From: an uncultured Acidobacteriota bacterium
GTDB lineage: Bacteria > Acidobacteriota > Vicinamibacteria > Vicinamibacterales > SCN-69-37
Reading direction: 5' to 3'
Assembly: GCA_937880585.1 (NCBI GenBank)
Contig: CALFMR010000324.1
Location: 1 to 33,339, forward strand
Length of the DNA stretch: 33,339 bases
Shown piece after piece: positions 8,342-16,900 of this stretch; position 1 is the stretch's first letter, and each line of letters starts with the position of its first letter. Below the pieces are notes generated by a model. It saw nothing but the letters and a program-made list of their open reading frames with translations. It did not search any database and had not been told where the DNA came from. The translations under genes were made by a program, and so were the position numbers.

Positions 8342-8851
8342 GTGGCTACCAACGACACATCACGGCTGGCGGGGCCGTCGAGGCCGCTTGGCGCGCCCGA
8401 AGTCCCGCAGTTCTATCTGCCCAGCCCAGGCCATCAGGGCATTTACACGCCGCATTTGTACGGAGCGGCGTCCATCCACTTCGCGGACCGGAAGCGAAAG
8501 ATCGACGAAACTCGGCGCGTCGCCTTCACCGTGCCGCTTCTGCCAGCCGCGCGCACGGTCGATTGGGACGCGGCCGTGCCGACGCCGGTCGCGCCGGCTG
8601 ATCTCGTCGCCGCCGAGCCGGCGCCCGGACAGTATCTGCCGCTGCCGGCCGGGGCGATGGACGTCGCCGCCGTGACGCGCTGGGCCAAGAAGTTCGATCG
8701 CTGGCTCGCGCGCACCCAGCGCCTCGACATCCCACAGAAACCGGACGCGAGCGAACCGGCGTCGGTCGGCCCCAAGCGCGGCGGCGTGTCGGTCGAGCTC
8801 GTCGCTATTGTCTGGGAGTTGACGCAGGCGGCTCAGCCGCCGGCGGCGTAG
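8342..8851 (+). CDS. hypothetical protein immediately downstream of ku
   Basis: 169-aa ORF with GTG start 34 nt after the ku stop, same strand. Strong GC3 bias in frame. No family recognised by eye. Confidence 0.5.
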   Translation: MATNDTSRLAGPSRPLGAPEVPQFYLPSPGHQGIYTPHLYGAASIHFADRKRKIDETRRVAFTVPLLPAARTVDWDAAVPTPVAPADLVAAEPAPGQYLPLPAGAMDVAAVTRWAKKFDRWLARTQRLDIPQKPDASEPASVGPKRGGVSVELVAIVWELTQAAQPPAA

Positions 8852-10295
8852 GTCCGTTCGCCGGCGCCGCTGACGACGGTCCGGTCGACCGCGACGGCGT
8901 CGTGGTCGAGGCGGGCGTCGATTGAGCCGCGGGTGCGGCCGGGCCGACGGGTGCCGCATTCGTACTCGCCGGCGGCGTCGCACCCGGTGTCGATCCCGCT
9001 TGGGCGCCATCGAGCGCGGGCGGCACCGGTCCCTGCGCGCGCGGCGTGGCGGTCTCCATCACTTTGGCAAACTCATCGGGCGGCGGCGTCGCGAGCGGGG
9101 GCGCAGGCTCGCCGAGATCGCGCGTCGGCGGCGTGGGCGCGTGCGCGGCCAATGCTGAGGATCGCTCACCGTGCGCGTAATACCCGTAACCGCCGCCGAC
9201 GGCTGCCGCGACGATGGCGAGGCCGGCCGCGGCGATCGCAAGCCGCCGGCGCGTGGGCGCGGGCGACGACGCGTCATCGGCCTCGCTCAGGTCGGTGAGG
9301 AACGACGGCGCGGCCGCGGCAATTGACGCAGGTGCGGCACTCGCGGCACTCGCGGCAGGCAGCGCGGATGGTGCCGGCGCGGGCACGGGCACCGGCTCGC
9401 TCGGCGCGACGAGCGTCGGATCGTGAGCGCCGGCGAGCGACCGCGCGGCGCGCTTGACGAGCTCCGGCGTGATGACGTTCACGCCCTCGATGCGTCCCTC
9501 CTGGAGCGCGCGATCGCACAGCACGTTCACGCGCCGCGGCAGGCCGTGCGCGAGGTTGAAGACGAGGCGCGCGGCCGCCGCGTCGAAGTGGACGGCATCG
9601 GCGCCGCCGGCGACCGCCAGCCGATGGTCGATGTAGGCGCGCACTTCCTCGGCCGGGAGCGGCGTCAGCGCGACGCGACGCGTGATGCGCTCGTTCAGCG
9701 CGTACATCGACTCGCTTTCGAGCGTCCGGAGGATCGTCGGCTGTCCGCAGAGCACGACCTGCACGAGCCGTTGGCCCTGCTGTTCGAGCGCGGTGAGCAG
9801 ACGGATCTGATCGAGCACGGGCGGCGAAAGCGACTGCGCTTCGTCGAGCACGATGACCGCGTGACTGCCGAGCGGGACGAGCGACTGCAGGAACCCTTCG
9901 AGCGTGTCGAGCAGCTGCGCGACGTCGGCCGTCGCGAGCGCGCCGCGCCGCAGCTCTTCGTGCGTGACGAGGCCGAAGTCACGCAGCACGATGCGCAGGA
10001 CTTCCGCGCCCGACATGTACGGATTGAGGATCAGCGCCGAAAACGTCCGCTCGCCCAGCGCCTCGAGCACCGCGCGGCACATCGTCGTCTTGCCCGATCC
10101 GGTTTCGCCCGTGAGGAGCAGCAGGCCTTCGCGGCGGCGCAGGCCGTTCAGGAGCTCGCTGAAGGCGCGCTGATGGGATGCGCTCAGAAAGAAGAATTTG
10201 GGATCGGTCGTGATGGCGAACGGCTGTTCGGTGAGGCCGTAGAACGCCTCGTAGATCGGATCGCCCAGGGCCTCGAGCGAAGCGGGCGGTTGCAC
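8805..10295 (-). CDS. ExeA/GspA-like AAA ATPase with TM segment and Pro/Ala/Thr-rich tail
   Basis: YEAFYGLTEQPFAITTDPKFFFLSASHQRAF followed by Walker A LLTGETGSGKTT and Walker B VIVLDEAQ. TM-like LAIAAAGLAIVAAAVGGGYGYY, then a ~140-aa low-complexity tail. Confidence 0.85.
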   Translation of the reverse strand: MQPPASLEALGDPIYEAFYGLTEQPFAITTDPKFFFLSASHQRAFSELLNGLRRREGLLLLTGETGSGKTTMCRAVLEALGERTFSALILNPYMSGAEVLRIVLRDFGLVTHEELRRGALATADVAQLLDTLEGFLQSLVPLGSHAVIVLDEAQSLSPPVLDQIRLLTALEQQGQRLVQVVLCGQPTILRTLESESMYALNERITRRVALTPLPAEEVRAYIDHRLAVAGGADAVHFDAAAARLVFNLAHGLPRRVNVLCDRALQEGRIEGVNVITPELVKRAARSLAGAHDPTLVAPSEPVPVPAPAPSALPAASAASAAPASIAAAAPSFLTDLSEADDASSPAPTRRRLAIAAAGLAIVAAAVGGGYGYYAHGERSSALAAHAPTPPTRDLGEPAPPLATPPPDEFAKVMETATPRAQGPVPPALDGAQAGSTPGATPPASTNAAPVGPAAPAAQSTPASTTTPSRSTGPSSAAPANGPTPPAAEPPASTPRQ

Positions 10296-10359
10296 GCGTC
10301 GATTATAGGGGATGGATTCGCCGTTCGGGCGACGGCCGCGCTATTTTGGTGGCGCACCG

Positions 10360-10653
10360 ATGACCCGCCCTCCGCGCCGTCCCTTGCTGCCGTTCATCGC
10401 CGCCAACACGGCGGTCTGGCTCGTCATGACGGCGATTCTCGTCGTCGTGCCCGACACGCTCGAGCGGTGGATGTCGCTCGAGATCGCGCGCGTTGTCGGA
10501 TGGGCCGTGGCGTGCGGCGTGTGGGTCGTCGCCGTCGAGCGAAGCTGGCAGGACCGCGCCGGACCGTTCACGCGGTTCGCCGTGCAGATCGTGTTGTGGG
10601 TGAGTGCAGCGGTCGTCGCGATCTGGGTGAGCGAGCACGCCCAGTGGAACTGA
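10360..10653 (+). CDS. small integral membrane protein (hypothetical)
   Basis: ATG at 10360 within track ORF 10312..10653. Three hydrophobic segments (AVWLVMTAILVVV, VVGWAVACGVWVVAV, IVLWVSAAVVAIWV). Confidence 0.45.
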   Translation: MTRPPRRPLLPFIAANTAVWLVMTAILVVVPDTLERWMSLEIARVVGWAVACGVWVVAVERSWQDRAGPFTRFAVQIVLWVSAAVVAIWVSEHAQWN

Positions 10654-10666
10654 TCGAATGGAAAAA

Positions 10667-10742
10667 TGGGGTGAGTGAGGGGAATCGAACCCCCAACGTC
10701 CGGAGCCACAGTCCGGTGCTCTGCCGTTGAGCTACACTCACC
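10667..10742 (-). tRNA. tRNA-His (GTG)
   Basis: The reverse complement folds by hand into a cloverleaf: G-1 plus GTGAGTG acceptor, anticodon arm CCGGA-CTGTGGC-TCCGG, T arm GGGGG-TTCGATT-CCCCT, C73, encoded CCA. 76 nt. Confidence 0.9.
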
Positions 10743-10757
10743 GCACGGCAACCATTG

Positions 10758-10786
10758 AGTCTATGACACCACACGCGATTTGCCCA
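10758..10786 (-). promoter_or_regulatory. candidate sigma-70-type promoter for tRNA-His
   Basis: Minus strand reads TGGGCA-N17-TAGACT. The -10 ends 15 nt before the tRNA 5' end. Confidence 0.3.
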
Positions 10787-10919
10787 GCGCGAATCGCGCG
10801 GGGACGCGTTGTGCCCAATGTGCGCGATGGCGTGGTCCGATCGGGCGGGTCGCTGCACACATTGTGCGCGAGACTTCCGACTGCCGCGGACGCGATGGTC
10901 GGCGCGTCCGCTTCCCGGC

Positions 10920-10935
10920 TGGCACCCGCCTTGCT
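10920..10935 (+). promoter_or_regulatory. sigma-54-like -24/-12 element
   Basis: TGGCAC-CCGCC-TTGCT matches TGGCAC-N5-TTGCW with GG-N10-GC spacing. Lies in non-coding DNA. Confidence 0.3.
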
Positions 10936-11094
10936 CCCTTATCCGGTGCCACGTCCCGGGCGCTGTCGGTGATGTGCTTTTGTTTTTTCACGCCGGCCCG
11001 CGGAGCACATCGGCAGAAGGCGTCAGGCAATGTCGCCAGACACTTCGAGACAGCGCCCGGAGACGACGTGGCATCCCAAAAATAAAAGTTGATA

Positions 11095-11171
11095 CCGCGA
11101 GCCCCCGAGCGCAGCGAGGGCGGCGAAGCGCCGTGGCGTTGGGGGTGGGGCCCCAACGCACTGCAAAAAAG
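11095..11171. repeat. REP-like intergenic element, copy A
   Basis: CCGCGAGCCCCCGAGCGCAGCGAGGGCGGCGAAGCGCCGTGGCGTTGGGGGTGGGGCCCCAACGCACTGCAAAAAAG. About 88% identical to 20927-21002. Contains the hairpin 11136-11159. Confidence 0.8.
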
Positions 11172-11202
11172 ACGACTCGCGGCGCTAATTGACTCGACTC
11201 GC

Positions 11203-11520
11203 TTACAGTCGACTTGCGCGAGCTTTGACGACGAGCGGGGGACCGGTGCGGACGAGTGAAGGATTGACGAGGCAGCCGTGTGTGGGTTCGCCAGGGGCGC
11301 CGAACAAACACTGCAGATAGGTCACCGCGGAGTTGAGCGCGAGGTTCTCACTTGTGGCGTGCACTTCCGCGCGACGTCCGTCGGCGAACACCAACTCGCG
11401 CACCACGTGTCCTTCGTCTTCCACGAACGACAGGTGCGCGGTGTAGCGCGGCATCTCGGGACGCTCTTCGACTTCAATCCGGAAAATCCCGTGCGCGAGC
11501 ATCAGCTCCTGACACATCAT
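11203..11520 (-). CDS. small hypothetical protein, paralog 1 (105 aa)
   Basis: ATG at 11520 lies 8 nt after AAGGAG. MMCQELMLAHGIFRIEVEERPEMPRYTAHLSFVEDEGHVVRELVFADGRRAEVHATSENLALNSAVTYLQCLFGA aligns with the neighbouring ORF. Confidence 0.65.
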   Translation of the reverse strand: MMCQELMLAHGIFRIEVEERPEMPRYTAHLSFVEDEGHVVRELVFADGRRAEVHATSENLALNSAVTYLQCLFGAPGEPTHGCLVNPSLVRTGPPLVVKARASRL

Positions 11521-11573
11521 GGTGTCCGCTCCTTGCTGCGCCGGAGCCGGCGGCACGAGCCTTCCGGGCGACG

Positions 11574-11879
11574 CTATTCAGCCACGGCCACTGGACGGCC
11601 GATTGTAGCGCGTCCGAGGGCGCACGGCGCATCGGATCCGCTCTTGGCCCCGAATCGGGATTCGAGGTAGCGAATCGCCGATTCGAGCGCGACCGGCTCG
11701 CTCGACGCGCGGATGCGGACGCGGTGCCCATCGCGGAGCACGAGCGGCCGGATCACCGTGCCGTTGTCTTCAACAAGCGACAGAAACGCCGTGAAATTGG
11801 ACGCAGATGGGGTGCCTGCCTCGGGCTGAATCTCGACCAGGCAGGTACCGTGCTCGAAACCGACAGTGCGGCAGCACAT
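11574..11879 (-). CDS. small hypothetical protein, paralog 2 (101 aa)
   Basis: ATG at 11879 lies 7 nt after AAAGAGGAG. MCCRTVGFEHGTCLVEIQPEAGTPSASNFTAFLSLVEDNGTVIRPLVLRDGHRVRIRASSEPVALESAIRYLESRFGA. The track ORF extends upstream to 11993, but the SD supports the internal ATG. Confidence 0.65.
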   Translation of the reverse strand: MCCRTVGFEHGTCLVEIQPEAGTPSASNFTAFLSLVEDNGTVIRPLVLRDGHRVRIRASSEPVALESAIRYLESRFGAKSGSDAPCALGRATIGRPVAVAE

Positions 11880-11939
11880 GGACGCAGGCTCCTCTTTACC
11901 AACTTTCACTATTGCAAGCCGTATGCCCGTGCCCGCAGA

Positions 11940-11965
11940 CCGCGCCCACGCAGGCCGCGCCCACG
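11940..11965. repeat. two exact 11-bp direct repeats (CCGCGCCCACG), 15-bp period
   Basis: CCGCGCCCACG at 11940-11950 and 11955-11965, which is 61-86 nt upstream of the paralog-2 start codon. Confidence 0.7.
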
Positions 11966-12102
11966 TTTCCGGCCCAGTTTTTCCAGTGACCATGCCGTTT
12001 TTGGCGGGCGGGGCCCTAACGTGACGACCCTGAAGGGGCGGGGCTCCACAAAAAACTCACAGAGAGAAATCAACGACAATACAGGCTTGGAGGGGATGCC
12101 TG

Positions 12103-12540
12103 ATGAGCGCGGTGGATGTCAGCGTAGAAATTCAGATTGATGCGTCGCCGGCCGAGATCGCGGCCGTGATGTTCGATCCCGAGCGCGAGCCGGACTGGAT
12201 GTCGGTCGTGACCGGCGTCGAGCTGCACGACCGGGCCCTCGCACCTGGCGCGCGTGTCACGCACCGGGGCTCGGTCCTCGGACACGACGCCGCGTGGACG
12301 ACCGAGGTCGACGCCGTGCACTTTCCTCACGTCCTCGCGCTGCGCGTGGTCGATGGTCCGTTCGACGGCACGCTGCGCTTCGACATTCAGCGCGCGGCCG
12401 TGGGGTCGCGCGTCCGCGTGCGGGGTGCAGGCTCAGCCGCCGCGCTCGACGGCCTGCCCGCCATGGTCATCGAAGGACCGATCCGCGCCGCGCTCTCCGG
12501 TGATCTCGCGCGGCTGAAGACGATCGTCGAAGCGCGCTGA
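12103..12540 (+). CDS. SRPBCC-family (polyketide cyclase/dehydrase-like) protein
   Basis: 145-aa ORF with GGAGGGG 6 nt upstream. VSVEIQIDASPAEIAAVMFDPEREPDW is typical of the SRPBCC N-terminus. Confidence 0.7.
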   Translation: MSAVDVSVEIQIDASPAEIAAVMFDPEREPDWMSVVTGVELHDRALAPGARVTHRGSVLGHDAAWTTEVDAVHFPHVLALRVVDGPFDGTLRFDIQRAAVGSRVRVRGAGSAAALDGLPAMVIEGPIRAALSGDLARLKTIVEAR

Positions 12541-12552
12541 CGCGCCTCGCGG

Positions 12553-13950
12553 CTACGGCTGCCAGCCACCGCCGAGCGCGCGGTACAGCTCGACGAACGC
12601 GTCGAGCTCCTGCAGCCGCGCGTTGGCCAGGCCGAGTTGCGCGGCGAACAGGCGCGTGTCGGCGTCGAGCACTTCGAGATAGCTCGTCGCGCCGCCCTGG
12701 TAGCGGATGTCCGCGAGTCGCCGTGCGTCGGCGGCCGCCTGTTCCAACTGCGTCTGCTGCTCACGAACGACGCGCAGCCGATCGTAGGAGACGAGCGCGT
12801 CGCTCACTTCGCGGAACGCGTCGCGCACGCGGCCTTCGTAGGTGAGCACGGCCTCCTGGCGCCGCGCGTCGGCCAGCACTTCCTGCGATCGCAGCTTTCC
12901 GCCGTTGAACACCGGCTGCAGCGCGTTCGCGGCCGCCGACCATAATCCCGCGCCACCCGTGAAGAGCGAGGTCAGCGCCGTGCTGGCCACGCCGCCCGCG
13001 CCAGTCAACGCGATCCGCGGAAAGAACGCCGCGCGCGCTGACGCGAGCTCCGCGTCAGCGGCCGTGACGAGCGCTTCCGCCTCGCGGACGTCCGGACGTC
13101 GTTCGAGCAGGTCGGATGGCAGGCCAGCCGGCACGGCCGGCATGACCTGCGCGTTGAGCGACACGCCGCGCTTTACCTGCAAATCCGGTTGGCCGACGAG
13201 CACGCCGAGGTTGTGCTCTTCGATCGCGATCTGGCGCTCGAGATCGGCCATGGTGCTCGTCGCATCGTAGACGAGCTGTTCGGCCTGGCGGACGTCGAGC
13301 ATCGACGCCGCGCCGCCTGCTTCGCGCGCCTGTGCGAGCTGCAGCGACGATTGCCGTGAATCGAGCGTGCGTTGCGCGATGTCCAGCTCGAGGTCGAGGG
13401 CACGCAGCGAGAAGTAGCTGTCGGCGACTTCGCTCACGAGCGTCGTGACGACGGCGCGTCGGCCCCAGTCGGCGGCGACCAGATCGGCGCGCGCCGCGGC
13501 CGACGCCGATCGCAGTTGTCCCCAGAAATCGAGATCCCACGACGCGGATCCTTCGAGAGCGATGGCACCGGCCGTGCGCGCCGGCGTATCGCCGAGCTCC
13601 GGCGTACGCTGGCCGCCGGCCGAGGCCGTCGCGGTCACGACGGGCCGTTGGTCCGCACGCACGACGCCCAGTTGCGCCTGCGCCTCGAGCACGCGCACGG
13701 CGGCCAGCCGGACGTCGGTGTTGGCCGTCAACGCGGATCGAACGAGCGATTGCAGCTCGGTGTCCTGAAAGACGCTCCACCACGCCTGATTGGCAATCGA
13801 CGTCAGGCCGGACGTAGTCGCCGGCGCATCGGCAAACGTCGACGGCAGATGGACGTTCGCGTGAACGTCAGATGCGGGCGGCGCGGACGCGCACGCCGCG
13901 GTGACGGCGGCCGCGGCCGCCAATGCGACGAACGACGCGCGCGGCGTCAC
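12553..13950 (-). CDS. RND efflux outer-membrane lipoprotein (NodT/TolC family)
   Basis: GTG at 13950 overlaps the RND TGA (GTGA). Lipobox AAVTAAC. WWSVFQDTELQSLV, two OEP-type repeats, C-terminal LYRALGGGW. Confidence 0.9.
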   Translation of the reverse strand: MTPRASFVALAAAAAVTAACASAPPASDVHANVHLPSTFADAPATTSGLTSIANQAWWSVFQDTELQSLVRSALTANTDVRLAAVRVLEAQAQLGVVRADQRPVVTATASAGGQRTPELGDTPARTAGAIALEGSASWDLDFWGQLRSASAAARADLVAADWGRRAVVTTLVSEVADSYFSLRALDLELDIAQRTLDSRQSSLQLAQAREAGGAASMLDVRQAEQLVYDATSTMADLERQIAIEEHNLGVLVGQPDLQVKRGVSLNAQVMPAVPAGLPSDLLERRPDVREAEALVTAADAELASARAAFFPRIALTGAGGVASTALTSLFTGGAGLWSAAANALQPVFNGGKLRSQEVLADARRQEAVLTYEGRVRDAFREVSDALVSYDRLRVVREQQTQLEQAAADARRLADIRYQGGATSYLEVLDADTRLFAAQLGLANARLQELDAFVELYRALGGGWQP

Positions 13951-16900
13951 GACGCACTCTCCGCGGGATCGGTGGGCGCCGCGGTCGGCTCGACCGCGCG
14001 GCGCGCGAACAGACGTTCGACGACGACGTACAGCATGGGGATGAAGAGAATGGCGACGACCGTCGCGAGCAGCATGCCGAAGACGACGGCCGTCCCGAGA
14101 ATTTGTCGCGAAGCCGCGCCCGCGCCTCGGGCCAGACAGAGCGGGAGGCAGCCGCAGATGAACGCGAACGACGTCATCAGGATCGGCCGCAACCGCACGC
14201 GCGCGCCTTCGAGCGCGGCATCCACGAGCCCGCGTCCGTGCTCGCGCCGTGCCTTGGCGAACTCGACGATGAGGATCGCGTTCTTGGCCGCGAGCCCGAC
14301 GAGCATGACGAGCCCGATCTGCGCGTAGACGTCGAGGTCGAAGTGCCTGAGCGCGAGGCCGCCGAACGCGCCGACGACCGCGATCGGCACCGAGAGCAGG
14401 ACCGAGAAGGGCAGCGACCAGCTTTCGTAGAGCGCCGCCAACACGAGGAACACGAAGAGCAGTGACAGCCCGAAGATGGGCGCGGCGCTGCCCGACGCAC
14501 GTTTCTCCTGATAGGACAGATCCGACCAGTCGTAGCCGATCTCGCGCGGCAGCACCTCCTGCGCGACCGACTCGAGCGCGTCGAGCGCCTGCCCCGAGCT
14601 GTAGCCGGCTGCCGCGGCGCCGGTGATCTGCACGGCACGATACACGTTGAAGCGATTCGTGTACTGCGGTCCGGCCGTCGGCCTCGTCGTCGCGAGCGAC
14701 GAGAGCGGTACCATCGCGCCCGCGCCGTTGCGCACGTAGAAGCGGCCGATGCGCGACGGGTCGTCGCGGTCGGCGCCCTCGGCCTGCAGGAACACGCGCC
14801 ACTGCCGGCCGAAGCGGTTGAACTGATTGACGAAGAGCCCGCCGAGATACGCCTGCAGCGTCTGGTAGATGTCCGGCAACTGCACGCCCTGCTTCAGCGC
14901 CTTGTCGCGATCGACGTCGAGGAACACCTGCGGCACGGCGGCGCTGAACGGCGACGTGACGTTCACGAGCTCCGGCCGCTTGCGCGCGGCGGCGAGGAAT
15001 CGCTGCAGGTTGTCGTTCAGGAAGTCGATCGACCCGCCGCTGCGATCCTGCAGCCACATCGAGAAGCCGCCCTGCGCGCCGAGGCCGGGGATCGACGGCG
15101 GCATGACCGCGATCGCGACGCCCTCGGACAGCTCGGCGGCGAACCGCGCGTTCAGCCGGTTGACGATCGTCCGCGCGTCGAGCCCAGCCGGCGTGCGCTC
15201 GCTCCACGGCCGCAGGCCGACGAAGTAGAAGCCGTTGTTGCTCGACGTCACGCGCGTGAGCAGGCTGAAGCCGACGATCGTGTTGTAGCCCTCGATGCCC
15301 GGCGTGGCGGCGAGGATGCCATCGATCTGGCGGCAGATCGCATCGGTACGCTCGAGCGACGCGGCCGGCGGCAGCGTGACGTTCAAGAGGAAGTAACCGT
15401 AGTCCTCCTCGGGCACGAAGCTCGTCGGCAGGCGGCGGCCGATGAAGCCGGCGGCGACCATGAAGAGCGCGATGGCGGCCACGCCGATCCACGCCTTGCG
15501 GATGATGAGCCGGCTCGCGCGGACGTAGCCGGTGGCCGTGCGATCGAACGCGCGGTTGAACGCGCCGAAGAACCGCGCCGACCAGCGCCGGTGCGTCCGC
15601 GGCCGGAGCAGGATGGCGGCGAGCGCCGGCGACAGCGTGAGCGCGTTGAATGCGGAGATGAGGACGGAGACCGCGATCGTGATCGCGAACTGCTCGTTCA
15701 GCCGGCCCTGGATGCCGTGCATCAGGCCGACGGGCACGAACACGCACGCGAGGATCAACGCGATGCTGACGACAGGTCCCGACACCTCGTCCATCGCGCG
15801 GATCGTCGCGTCGCGCGGCGACATCCCGTGCTCGATGTGATGCTCCACGGCTTCGACGACCACGATCGCGTCGTCGACGACGAGGCCGATCGCGAGCACC
15901 AAGCCGAAGAGCGACAGCGTGTTCACCGAGAAGCCGAGCAGCGGGAACACCGCGAACGTGCCGATGAGCGAGACGGGTACGGCGACCATCGGAATGATCG
16001 TCGCGCGCCAGCTCTGCAGGAAGAGGTAGACGACGATGATGACGAGCAGCATCGCCTCGCCGAGCGTCCAGACGATCTCGCGGATGCCTTCGGACACGGC
16101 GAGTGTCGTGTCCAGTGTGTAGGCGTAGTGCAAGTCGTCCGGGAAGCGGCTGCCGATGTCCGTCATCACGCGCTTGACGCCGTCGGCCACTTCGAGCGCG
16201 TTCGACCCGGGCGCCTGGAACACGCCGATGGCGCAGCCGGGCTGGCCGTTCATGCGGCCGATGAGCTGATAGTTCACCGCGCCGAGCTCCACGCGCGCGA
16301 CGTCGGACAGCCGCACGAGCGACCCGTCCGGATTGGCGCGCACGACGATGTGTCCGAACTCTTCCGCCGTCTCGAGCCGGCCCTGGGCGCGGACCGTGTA
16401 GGTCATCTCCTGGCCGGACGGCACCGGGTCGGCGCCGATCTGCCCGGACGGATTGACGGTGCTCTGCTGCTGCACCGCGCGAGCCACGTCGGGCACGGTC
16501 AGGCCGAGCCGCGACAGGTCGTCGGGCCGCAGCCAGATGCGCATCGCGTAGTCGCCCGCGCCGAAGACGCGTACTTCGCCGACGCCGGGCACGCGGTAGA
16601 GCGCGTCGATGATGTTGATGTTCGCGTAGTTGCTCTGGAAGACCGCGTTGTAGGTGTGCTTCGGTGACGAGAGGCCGATGATGAGCATCGGCAGTCCGGT
16701 CGACTTGCGCATCGTCAGGCCGTACTGGCTGACCGCGGTCGGCAGGTTCGGCTGCGCCTGCGCCATGCGGTTCTGGACGTTCACCTGATCGACGTTCGGA
16801 TCGGTCTCGACGTCGAACGTGACGGTGAGCGTCATCGTGCCGTCGTTCGAGTTGTTCGACTGCATGTAGAGCATGTTGTCGACGCCGTTCATCTGCTGCT

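Noticed and set aside
11136-11171. REP-element hairpins (also 20967-20990) as intrinsic terminators.
   Set aside because: On the + strand the stem is followed by an A-run, and on the minus strand the T-run precedes the stem. Neither orientation gives a hairpin followed by a U-tract.
10809-11192. 127-aa ORF beginning MCPMCAMAWSDRAGRCTHCARDF, which looks like a CxxC...CxxC zinc ribbon.
   Set aside because: Third codon positions are frequently A/T (CCA, ACA, CAT, TGT, CGA), unlike real genes here. The rest is Arg-rich and reads straight through the REP-like element. The two CxxC motifs come from a DNA-level direct repeat (AATGTGCGCGA / ATTGTGCGCGA). There is no SD.
11900-11935. Sigma-54-like motif upstream of paralog 2 on the minus strand (GGCACG...TTGCAA).
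   Set aside because: GG-to-GC spacing is 16 nt instead of 10, so it does not fit the -24/-12 geometry.
10667-12102. tRNA-His- or tRNA-Arg-associated genomic island or prophage remnant.
   Set aside because: No integrase, transposase or phage genes are present. I found no direct repeat of either tRNA 3' end. The unusual regions lie on the 5' (promoter) side of both minus-strand tRNAs, not the 3' side where integrative elements normally insert.
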